From a virus (taxonomy: Duplodnaviria > Caudoviricetes), in IMG/VR virus record IMGVR_UViG_3300032289_001903, positions 1 through 61,757 of that record: a DNA stretch of 61,757 nucleotides. One strand, 5' to 3'. A program made the position numbers and the translations under genes. The notes beneath the pieces were generated by a model that was given only the letters and a program-made list of their open reading frames with translations, did not search any database and was not told the origin of the DNA. This document shows positions 17,212 through 25,750 of this stretch, one piece after another (positions within the stretch are counted from its first letter, which is position 1; each line of letters opens with the position of its first letter).

Positions 17212-18796
17212 CAATAATCAACAGATAAAGGATATAATAAAGCAAGAATATATAAAATGCTTTCAAGATCCAATCCATTTTTTCCGCAAATATTGTTACA
17301 TCACTCACCCGGTTAAAGGTAGAGTATTATTCCATTTATACCCATTCCAAGAAGACACATTAAGAGAATTTAGAGCAAATCGTTTTTCTATTGTAAATAA
17401 ATCACGTCAGTTAGGTATCTCTACTCTAGTAGCAGGATACGCTTTATGGACAATGATATTTAATAAAGATAAAACAGTACTTTGTATAGCAACAAAACAA
17501 GAAACCGCTAAAGGTATGGTTGAAAAAGTACAATTCATGTATAATAATTTACCAGCTTGGTTACGCGGTAATCAAAAACCAATATCAGATAATAAGTTAT
17601 CACTCAAACTAGCAAATAACTCTCAAATTGTAGCAACATCAGCTGCATCAGATGCAGGTAGATCTTACGCCGTATCTTTATTATTAATAGATGAGGCTGC
17701 GTTTATTGAAGGTATTGATAAAATATATACAAGTATTAAACCAACAATTGCTACGGGTGGAGGAATTATAGCACTATCATCTCCAAATGGTATTGGTAAC
17801 TGGTTCCATAAAATGTATACTGAAGCTCAAATTGGTAAAAATGACTTTAAAGCAATAGAGTTAAAATGGAATTTACATCCTGATAGAGTAGCACCAATAG
17901 ATGCAGGGTGGGAAGATCGTGAACGTGCAAATATGTCACCACGTGAATTTGCTCAAGAATATGATTGTGACTTTTTAGGATCAGGTAATTCAGTAATTGA
18001 ACCAGATAATTTATCATTTTATGAACAAACATATATACAAGAGCCTGTTGAACGTCGGTTCATGGGCGGCGATTTTTGGATTTGGAATTATCCTGATTAT
18101 AGCCGTAACTATATCATCAGTGCTGACGTTGCTCGTGGAGACGGTTCGGATTACTCAGCGTTTCATGTTATCGATGTCGAATCGTGTGAGCAAGTTGCTG
18201 AATATAAATCTCAGATAGGAACAAGGGAATTTGGTCATATGTTAGTATCTGTTGCAACTGAGTATAACAACGCTTTATTAGTCCCTGAAAACGCTAATAT
18301 CGGTTGGGATGTTATTAATACCATCATCGAGAAAGGTTATCAAAATTTATATTATTCTCCACGCGCTTATGGCGAAATGAATATTGATAAATGGATGGCT
18401 AAGATGGACAGTGAACAAACAGTACCCGGATTTACAAACTCTCAAAAAACAAGACCACTTGTTATCTCAAAAATGGAGTCGTATATTAGAGATAGACATT
18501 TTATCTTTCGCTCTAAGCGCTTACTAGAGGAATTACGTGTATTCATTTGGAATCATGGTAAAGCACAAGCACAAAACGGATATAATGATGATTTGGTAAT
18601 GGCTTTAGGAATTGGATTATTTACTAGAGATACTGGTGTTAAATTTCACCAACAAGGTATGGATATAACTAGAAAATCTATTGATAATATATCTAGTACA
18701 TCTCAAGGTTATACACCAAGGATGCTAAATGGTATACCAAATCCATACCAAATAGATACTCCATATGGTACTGAAGATATTACATGGATACTATAA
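17201..18796 (+). CDS. terL: Terminase large subunit (T4 gp17-like)
   Basis: LYPFQ, KSRQLGIS Walker A, LLLIDEAAF Walker B, SSPNG, FAQEYDCDF, ADVARG..DYS and DDLVMA nuclease motifs. Confidence 0.95.
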   Translation: MNNNNNQQIKDIIKQEYIKCFQDPIHFFRKYCYITHPVKGRVLFHLYPFQEDTLREFRANRFSIVNKSRQLGISTLVAGYALWTMIFNKDKTVLCIATKQETAKGMVEKVQFMYNNLPAWLRGNQKPISDNKLSLKLANNSQIVATSAASDAGRSYAVSLLLIDEAAFIEGIDKIYTSIKPTIATGGGIIALSSPNGIGNWFHKMYTEAQIGKNDFKAIELKWNLHPDRVAPIDAGWEDRERANMSPREFAQEYDCDFLGSGNSVIEPDNLSFYEQTYIQEPVERRFMGGDFWIWNYPDYSRNYIISADVARGDGSDYSAFHVIDVESCEQVAEYKSQIGTREFGHMLVSVATEYNNALLVPENANIGWDVINTIIEKGYQNLYYSPRAYGEMNIDKWMAKMDSEQTVPGFTNSQKTRPLVISKMESYIRDRHFIFRSKRLLEELRVFIWNHGKAQAQNGYNDDLVMALGIGLFTRDTGVKFHQQGMDITRKSIDNISSTSQGYTPRMLNGIPNPYQIDTPYGTEDITWIL

Positions 18797-18828
18797 ATGA
18801 TAAATATTTATTGACATAATAAAACAAA

Positions 18829-20718
18829 ATGGCTGAACAAAATACAGGATTATTTACTCGATTAAAACGTTTATTTAGTACTGATGTAGTAATCAGAAAT
18901 ATAGGCGGTGATCAACTAAGAACAATAGACGTTGATAGAATACAAGCATATGGTAATGTAAAAACCAATGCTCTTATAGATAGATTCACTAAGTTACACA
19001 GATATGGCGCTAATATGCCATATAACCCAACGATGAATTATCAAACACTTCGTATTCAGTTATATACTGACTATGAAGCAATGGATACTGAATCAATCAT
19101 CGCTTCTGCACTTGATATCATTGCTGATGAATCTACACTTAAAAATGAAACACAAGAAGTAATACAAATTAGATCAGCAGACGAAAATATTCAACGTATA
19201 CTTTATAATTTATTTTATGATGTATTAAATATAGAATTTAATCTATGGTTATGGATTAGAAATATGTGTAAGTATGGTGATTTCTATTTACATCTAGAAA
19301 TAGCTGAAAAATTTGGTGTATATAATGTAACACCATTGTCAGTTTATGATATGGTTCGTGAAGAAGGTATGGATCCTCAAAATCCATCTTACGTTTGTTT
19401 TAAAATTGATCCAATGGTTATTGCAGCTGGTGGTATCAACTCACGTGTTAAAGATAGAGATGGTAAGATTAAATTTGAAAACTACGAAATAGCTCACTTT
19501 AGGTTATTAACTGATGCTAACTACCTTCCTTATGGTAGATCATATATAGAACCAGCTCGTAAAACATACAAACAGTATGTGTTGATGAAGGATGCAATGT
19601 TGCTCCATCGTATAACTCGTGCCCCGGAAAAACGTGTGTTTTATGTTGATATTGGAAACATGCCACCAAATGAGGTTGATGGGTACATGGAACGTTTAAA
19701 GCAAAAAATGCAAAAAACTCCATATATTGATAAACATACAGGTGAATACAATTTGAAGTATAATATGATGAACGTGATGGAAGATTTTTATATTCCTCAA
19801 CGTGGTGCATCATCAAATACTAAAATTGATACAATCAAAGGATTAGAATATAATGCAATTGATGACGTAAACTTCTTACGTGATGAAATGTTAGCTGCAC
19901 TTAAAGTACCTAAAGCATTCTTTGGCTTTGAAAAAGATTTGACTGGTAAAGCTACATTAGCTGCTGAAGATATTCGTTTCGCTCGTACAGTAGAACGTAT
20001 CCAACGTATTGCATTATCTGAATTGTATAAAATTGCATTAGTACATTTATACACACAAGGATTTGATGGTGCTTCATTAGCTAATTTTGAATTATCATTA
20101 ACTGTTCCATCTATAATCTATGAACAAGAAAAGATAGCATTATGGAAGGAAAAAATTTCATTAGCTAAAGATATGCAAGATACTAAATTAATATCTTCCG
20201 ATTGGATTTATGATAATATATTCCAATTTAGTGAAGATCAATATGATGATATAAGAGATTTAGTAACTGAAGATATGAAACGTACTTTCCGCTTATCACA
20301 AATTGAAAATGAAGGTAATGACCCAGCTAAATCAGGTAAATCATACGGTACACCACATGATCTAGCATCATTATATGGTAAAGGCAGAGCAGGTATGAAT
20401 GTAGATGGACCTATCCCTCCAGGGTATAATGAAAAACGCTCAGTTGGTCGTCCTGAAGAAAAAGCATCTATAGTTGGTACACAAAAAGACCCATTAGGTA
20501 AAGATAGATTAGGTAGTAAAGAAAATGGCACATTATATACCGCAAATATTCCTGATGAAGGAAGTGGTACACCAAAAAGCTATGGTGCTTTAGCATTAGC
20601 TGAATCACTACGCTTTAAAGATATGTTAAAATCTATACCAAGAGAAGGCAAACAAATGGTGTTTGAAACAGAACAGGAATCTTCATTATTAGATGAAAAA
20701 AATATTAAGGACATATAA
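18829..20718 (+). CDS. gp20: Portal protein (T4 gp20-like)
   Basis: ALDIIADE, YGD..LH, DAML.HR..RAPEKRVFYVD.GN.P, EDFYIP.RG, ALKVP; directly after terL. Confidence 0.93.
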   Translation: MAEQNTGLFTRLKRLFSTDVVIRNIGGDQLRTIDVDRIQAYGNVKTNALIDRFTKLHRYGANMPYNPTMNYQTLRIQLYTDYEAMDTESIIASALDIIADESTLKNETQEVIQIRSADENIQRILYNLFYDVLNIEFNLWLWIRNMCKYGDFYLHLEIAEKFGVYNVTPLSVYDMVREEGMDPQNPSYVCFKIDPMVIAAGGINSRVKDRDGKIKFENYEIAHFRLLTDANYLPYGRSYIEPARKTYKQYVLMKDAMLLHRITRAPEKRVFYVDIGNMPPNEVDGYMERLKQKMQKTPYIDKHTGEYNLKYNMMNVMEDFYIPQRGASSNTKIDTIKGLEYNAIDDVNFLRDEMLAALKVPKAFFGFEKDLTGKATLAAEDIRFARTVERIQRIALSELYKIALVHLYTQGFDGASLANFELSLTVPSIIYEQEKIALWKEKISLAKDMQDTKLISSDWIYDNIFQFSEDQYDDIRDLVTEDMKRTFRLSQIENEGNDPAKSGKSYGTPHDLASLYGKGRAGMNVDGPIPPGYNEKRSVGRPEEKASIVGTQKDPLGKDRLGSKENGTLYTANIPDEGSGTPKSYGALALAESLRFKDMLKSIPREGKQMVFETEQESSLLDEKNIKDI

Positions 20719-20754
20719 CAGCTACATATTTATTGGTAGTGCACACTAACTTAT

Positions 20755-21609
20755 ATGAAAATAAAACATAGCAAATTTAAAAATACTGGTATATTATTTG
20801 AATTACTAGTAAGACAAGTCGCATCAGATACTGTATCTGGTAAAGACTCTGCAGCTATTAATTTAATTAGAAAATATTTTTCCAATTCAGAATTGGCTAA
20901 GGAACATAAATTATACCAAGCTTTAATTGGCTCAAAAGCACTAACTGAAGGTAAAGCTGAATCGCTAATTAATGCAACTCTTGAAATATCTTCACGTTTA
21001 AATCGTTCTGCATTACGCAAAGAAAAATACAATATTATTAAAGATATTCGTGAATCTTACGATTTAGAAGAATTTTTTAAATCAAAGATTAATAATTATT
21101 CACAATACGCTGCGGCATTCAATTTAATTGAAGCACATAACTCACTAGAATTTATTGAACCATCTCAGGTTATTGAAAATAAAGTAAATTTACTTGAACA
21201 TATTACACGTAAAGAAGTTAATAAAGAAGATGTTACTGATCGTGTAATGGAAGAATATATGAGTATGGATAAAGGTACACGTATCTTAGTATATAGAACA
21301 TTACTTGAAAGATTTAATAGTAAATATAGTAATATGTCTAATACACAAAAATCTGTGTTGAAAGAATATATTAATAATATATCTAATACTGTTAAATTAC
21401 GTGAATTTGTTAATAATCATTTTGCTGCTATTAGAGCGGAATTAAACAAAATGAACAAAACAGTAACAGATAAAACTACTCAGATTAAAATAAATGAGGT
21501 AGTAAATATACTAAAGCCACTTGATAAAAATCAAAACGTAAAAGATGATAATATCATGGCTTTATTACAATTCCATCAGTTAATAGCAGAATTAAAATCA
21601 GTAAAGTAA
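20755..21609 (+). CDS. Head morphogenesis-region protein (helical)
   Basis: KHSKFKNTGILFELL start; lies between portal and protease. Confidence 0.5.
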   Translation: MKIKHSKFKNTGILFELLVRQVASDTVSGKDSAAINLIRKYFSNSELAKEHKLYQALIGSKALTEGKAESLINATLEISSRLNRSALRKEKYNIIKDIRESYDLEEFFKSKINNYSQYAAAFNLIEAHNSLEFIEPSQVIENKVNLLEHITRKEVNKEDVTDRVMEEYMSMDKGTRILVYRTLLERFNSKYSNMSNTQKSVLKEYINNISNTVKLREFVNNHFAAIRAELNKMNKTVTDKTTQIKINEVVNILKPLDKNQNVKDDNIMALLQFHQLIAELKSVK

Positions 21610-22268
21610 TGACTTTAAAAGAGTATATTAAACAACTTACACAAGAAGTACTAGATGAAATGTCTACGTCAGGTGGTGCTGGTGGTTATTTAAGCCCAAT
21701 GGCTTTTTCCCCTAAAGGACAAGGTAAAAACGCAGCAACAAAATATGCTGAAAAAGAAGGTTGGAAAGTAACTAAAGGTGAAACTACAATGCCTGGTGAC
21801 TCTAAAGTAAAAGATTATGTATCATTAACAGGTAAAAAGAAAAAGAAAATAAAAATATACCAGGAAAGTGGGTATGATCAACCATCACAATATGGAGCAG
21901 CATCTAAATACGGAGCAGCATCACCATATAGTGCTGCATCTAAATATGGCGCTGCAAGTGATTATACAAAAAACGAATCACTAATTGATATTGTTAAAGA
22001 AGAATTACTTAACGAAGTAACATACCATAAATTTAAAAACGAAGTTAAATTTCGTACTAAAAACGAACAACTCCACAAAGCAATACGTGAAGTAAAACGT
22101 AAATTAATGGAAATTGATCGTATTGTTGAATATACATCTCGTATGAAGCAAGAATTAAGCGAAGGTGAAGAAGGATTAAAATATTGGAAAAAAACAGAAA
22201 GTAACATCTCAACAATATCAGAAATGGTAAACCATTTAAATAATAAAATTAAAAATCTTAATCAATAA
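21609..22268 (+). CDS. Tagged modular putative head protein with hexapeptide repeat
   Basis: MTLKEYIKQLTQEVLDE|MSTSGGAGGY; YGAASx repeats; C-terminal coiled coil. Confidence 0.5.
   Translation: MTLKEYIKQLTQEVLDEMSTSGGAGGYLSPMAFSPKGQGKNAATKYAEKEGWKVTKGETTMPGDSKVKDYVSLTGKKKKKIKIYQESGYDQPSQYGAASKYGAASPYSAASKYGAASDYTKNESLIDIVKEELLNEVTYHKFKNEVKFRTKNEQLHKAIREVKRKLMEIDRIVEYTSRMKQELSEGEEGLKYWKKTESNISTISEMVNHLNNKIKNLNQ
21873..21965 (+). repeat. 5 x 18-bp imperfect tandem repeat (Y-x-x-x-S-x)
   Basis: YDQPSQ YGAASK YGAASP YSAASK YGAASD Y. Confidence 0.85.
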
Positions 22269-22396
22269 TGGCTAAAGCAAAAGGTTCAAGCGAAGCTAGA
22301 AAAGTAACATTTGGAGCTCGCAAAAAAGGTAACGCAAAAAAATCATTCAATAAACATACACCAAGACCAAAAAAATATGTTGGTCAAGGAAGATAA
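22268..22396 (+). CDS. 42-aa highly basic peptide ending KKYVGQGR (not in ORF track)
   Basis: ATG overlaps the upstream stop (TAATG) and the ORF fills the gap: MAKAKGSSEARKVTFGARKKGNAKKSFNKHTPRPKKYVGQGR. Confidence 0.7.
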   Translation: MAKAKGSSEARKVTFGARKKGNAKKSFNKHTPRPKKYVGQGR

Positions 22397-22408
22397 AAAC
22401 TAATAACA

Positions 22409-22726
22409 ATGAAAGTAAAAGATTTACGCAAATTAATTCAAGAAGTAATATCTGAAGCTAATGAGTCATGGCCTTTCCTAGATGATTCAGAAGAAGTAAT
22501 TCAAGATACAGTAGATAAATTTATATCAGGTAGCCAAAGCGCTTTTACTTATTTAGCTACTAGAGCAAACAATGAAGAAAAATTAAACATTGTTTTAGAT
22601 ATGATAAAGAAAAGACTAAAATCAGAAGCTTCTAGAATGTCTACTAAAAATCAAAAATCATTTCAATCAAGATTTGGTCTTGGTGGAGGACAAGAAACAC
22701 CAGCAGGTACATATACAGGAGACTAA
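22409..22726 (+). CDS. Small tagged protein (class II tag)
   Basis: MKVKDLRKLIQEVISEANE. Confidence 0.5.
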   Translation: MKVKDLRKLIQEVISEANESWPFLDDSEEVIQDTVDKFISGSQSAFTYLATRANNEEKLNIVLDMIKKRLKSEASRMSTKNQKSFQSRFGLGGGQETPAGTYTGD

Positions 22727-22742
22727 TAAATAAAAATATACA

Positions 22743-24413
22743 ATGAAAAGTATTAAACAACAATACATCGATCTACGCGAGGGTAACATGACTCAAGCAA
22801 ATTTCATGCGTAATTTACGTATGACATTACCTCAATACATTACTAACTTATCTTCATTTGAAGATTCAGTTCGTATTCTTAAAAATAAGGGTATATTAAC
22901 TGAAGCTGATGAAAAAACAAATGAATCTTGGATGGATCGATGGTTAAAAGATGTTAAAGATATTATAGAAGATAAATGGCAAAATGGTGAAATATCACAA
23001 GCTAAATATGGTAGTTTAATGAATAAATTGAGTACTCAATCAGAAGACATAATAGCTAAGTATGGTGAAGATAGTGCAGAAGCAGCAGCAGAAGAATTAC
23101 TTTATAGTGTATCTCATCTAAGTAATGATTTAGGCCCAGGAGAAGATGAAGATTTTGAAAGAGATTATGATATGGATTATGAAGAACCAAATGAACCCTT
23201 TGATATGGCTGAATCATTAAATGAAGCTAAAGACGGATCAACTGAAGGTAAATGGAAAACAGTTACTGGTAAAGATTTGTATGGTCAGTTTAAAGAAATT
23301 GACAATTTAAATGGTCAAGAAGTATTGATTGGTATTAATTATGAAATGATTAAAAATCCTGAGCTAACTAAATTAGAAGCTCAAAAGATTGTAATTAAAA
23401 ATCTAAAGAAAAACCCAATCTACTATACAGCAGAAGATATGTCTGGTGTTGAAGGATATGAACCAGAATATATAGGCGGTAAATCAGCAAATCCAGAAGC
23501 ACATCAAATGCAATACCTTGAAAAAAATATGGGTAATGTAGTTGATAAGAAAAGAGGAATGCAACCCGTAAAAAATGTAGAAAAAGTAAAGAAAGATTCT
23601 GATAAAGGTGGTGAAACCAATAAAATGGAAAAAGGTGTTTCATTGATGTCACTTATTGCTAAATCAACTCGTGGTGTTCAAAAAATGGATGCTACTGGTG
23701 AGAAGATGAAAAAAGTATCTGTTAAAGAAAATAAAGTAGCAAGCACTATTTTTGATAAAAACGCAAATATCACTAAAGGTGTTAATAAAATAGCTAAAGA
23801 AGACGATAAGAAAAAATCAATTAAGGATAAACTTAAAGAAATGATCCGTAAAGAATTAAGAGAAATGGCGGATGGTATGGAACCAATGGTTCGTACAAGA
23901 CTAGATGAAAATGAATTATCTTCTCAAGAACAAACTGTTGTAGATGATATTCTAAATTCATTAGATGAAGGAATATTTGGAGATGTATTAGATAAAGTTA
24001 AATCATATGCTAAAAAAGGTTTAATGACTGCCGCTATATTAGGTGCTTTATTATCTGCTCCTAATTTCACTCAGGCACAACAACAACAGATTAAACAAGT
24101 TGCACAAACTGAAATGTCTTCTACTCAAAATAAAAAGGGAGGTGGTATTGAAAAAATGAGCGATCAGGAAGCATATAATTATGTATATAATATGGCTGAA
24201 AAAAATCCAGATGGGCTTATTAAACAATTACAAAATTATAAACCATCTACTCAAGAAGATAAAGCTGATGTTAATATGCTTTTAACTTTTGTTAGATCTG
24301 TAAAAAATGGAAGTCCTATAAAAGATACTAAATATATGGGTAAAAGATTTAAAATGGCTGCTAAGGTAATAATTACTTTAGATCCTGTTCGTAGTATAGC
24401 TTATATTAATTAA
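22743..24413 (+). CDS. Modular putative prohead core/cargo polyprotein
   Basis: Many LxE junctions (LRE, LTE, LNE, LDE), internal KLKEMIRKELRE, internal hydrophobic segment; immediately upstream of the protease. Confidence 0.5.
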   Translation: MKSIKQQYIDLREGNMTQANFMRNLRMTLPQYITNLSSFEDSVRILKNKGILTEADEKTNESWMDRWLKDVKDIIEDKWQNGEISQAKYGSLMNKLSTQSEDIIAKYGEDSAEAAAEELLYSVSHLSNDLGPGEDEDFERDYDMDYEEPNEPFDMAESLNEAKDGSTEGKWKTVTGKDLYGQFKEIDNLNGQEVLIGINYEMIKNPELTKLEAQKIVIKNLKKNPIYYTAEDMSGVEGYEPEYIGGKSANPEAHQMQYLEKNMGNVVDKKRGMQPVKNVEKVKKDSDKGGETNKMEKGVSLMSLIAKSTRGVQKMDATGEKMKKVSVKENKVASTIFDKNANITKGVNKIAKEDDKKKSIKDKLKEMIRKELREMADGMEPMVRTRLDENELSSQEQTVVDDILNSLDEGIFGDVLDKVKSYAKKGLMTAAILGALLSAPNFTQAQQQQIKQVAQTEMSSTQNKKGGGIEKMSDQEAYNYVYNMAEKNPDGLIKQLQNYKPSTQEDKADVNMLLTFVRSVKNGSPIKDTKYMGKRFKMAAKVIITLDPVRSIAYIN

Positions 24414-24421
24414 ATTTATAT

Positions 24422-25045
24422 ATGAAACAACTTTTAATAGATCATATCCCCTTTAAAGTAGCCAAACTAACACTTAACGAAAGTAAGTCATCTAGCGGTC
24501 GTATGGTACTAGAAGGTAAACTACAAGCAGCTGACACCAAAAATGGTAACGGCCGTGTTTACCCTAAAGATATATTAAATAGAGAAATCGAAAAATATAT
24601 TAAAGGACCAGTAGCAAACAACAATGCTATGGGAGAATTAGATCATCCAGAAGCATCTATCATCAATTTAGCAAACGTATCACACAATATCACTAAAGTA
24701 TGGTGGGAAGGTGATGATGTAATGGGTAGATTAACACTACTTAATACACCATCAGGTAAAATTGCAATGGAATTAGTAAGCGCTGGAATACCATTAGGTA
24801 TATCATCACGCGGTATGGGTTCTGTTAAGCAATTAGGTGAAACAGTTGAAGTACAAGACGATTTTGAGTTGCTCTGCTGGGACCTTGTAAGTGTACCTTC
24901 AACTCCCGAGGCATATATGCACCCTGTAGGTAAATTAGGTGCTATGAACGAGAGCAAACAATATAAAACTAAAGACTACAGCAAGGTAAACTCACTCATT
25001 ACAGAAATAATATGCAGTCAGATGGGTGTCTGTCCACTATGCTAA
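24422..25045 (+). CDS. gp21: Prohead maturation protease (T4 gp21-like)
   Basis: NGNGRVYP, GELDHP (His), GISSRGMGS (Ser), WDLVSVPS. Confidence 0.93.
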   Translation: MKQLLIDHIPFKVAKLTLNESKSSSGRMVLEGKLQAADTKNGNGRVYPKDILNREIEKYIKGPVANNNAMGELDHPEASIINLANVSHNITKVWWEGDDVMGRLTLLNTPSGKIAMELVSAGIPLGISSRGMGSVKQLGETVEVQDDFELLCWDLVSVPSTPEAYMHPVGKLGAMNESKQYKTKDYSKVNSLITEIICSQMGVCPLC

Positions 25046-25076
25046 TATTTATAATAAACATAACAATTAAAATAAA

Positions 25077-25601
25077 ATGGCACAATTCATTAATGAAGCA
25101 AAAAGATTCCAGAAATTAGCTGGATTAATAACTGAATCACAGTTAAACGAAGAAGTAATTAATTTTGGAGATAAAGATGAATATTCTGAATTTCTTATGA
25201 ACGGAACAAAGAAATTAGAAGGTAGTAAAATTAAATTGAAAATACACGATACTTTCTCTATGTCAGATCCAAATGCAAAAGAATTTAGTGGATTTATTAC
25301 TGCATCTGGTTTAAAAAGAATTACTGGCCAAGCAGGTTCAGATCTTTCATATGAGTGTACTTTAGTAGATAATGGAGGTTATACAACAATGGAACCTTTA
25401 AAAGGAAAAAAGATAAGTCTAACTATTCCTAATACTACAGGAGGAAAAGGTGGATTCAGATGTGAAGATCCTAAAGTAGGTGGTTTATTTAAAGTAGAAT
25501 CTCTTGAAATTTTAGGAGCACCAACTTCTCAATCACAACAAGAATCAATCGAAAAAGCAGTAAACGAAGCACTAGCTAAATTCCGCAAAACAGGAAAATA
25601 A
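25077..25601 (+). CDS. Tagged putative head cargo protein (class III tag) between protease and scaffold
   Basis: INEAKRFQKLAGLITESQLNE; own ATATTTAT at 25045. Confidence 0.55.
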   Translation: MAQFINEAKRFQKLAGLITESQLNEEVINFGDKDEYSEFLMNGTKKLEGSKIKLKIHDTFSMSDPNAKEFSGFITASGLKRITGQAGSDLSYECTLVDNGGYTTMEPLKGKKISLTIPNTTGGKGGFRCEDPKVGGLFKVESLEILGAPTSQSQQESIEKAVNEALAKFRKTGK

Positions 25602-25624
25602 TTCGCGGTTTTTAGTATCTACAT

Positions 25625-25750
25625 ATATTTATGGATAGCCCACAATAGCTATCCATTTTTTATCCTCATGATAGCTCGGCATTTTTACAACCCCACTATT
25701 AAGATTCCCAATAATCTTATTTCCTAAAAAAAATTTAAGGAGAACATTTT
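25625..25750 (+). promoter_or_regulatory. Structured 5' leader of the scaffold/capsid operon
   Basis: ATATTTAT, 9-bp hairpin ATGGATAGC/GCTATCCAT plus T run, second hairpin TAAGATT/AATCTTA, third weak hairpin covering AAGGAG. Confidence 0.45.

Noticed and set aside
17997-18218. Alternative-frame + strand ORFs inside terL and inside Gly-rich gene 1 (42714..42908)
   Set aside because: Nested in strong genes; the Trp/Arg-rich translation is the expected off-frame reading of GGT/GGA runs.
21873-21965. Possible CRISPR array
   Set aside because: Contiguous in-frame 18-bp coding repeats without spacers; no cas genes or repeat-spacer pattern seen in the window.
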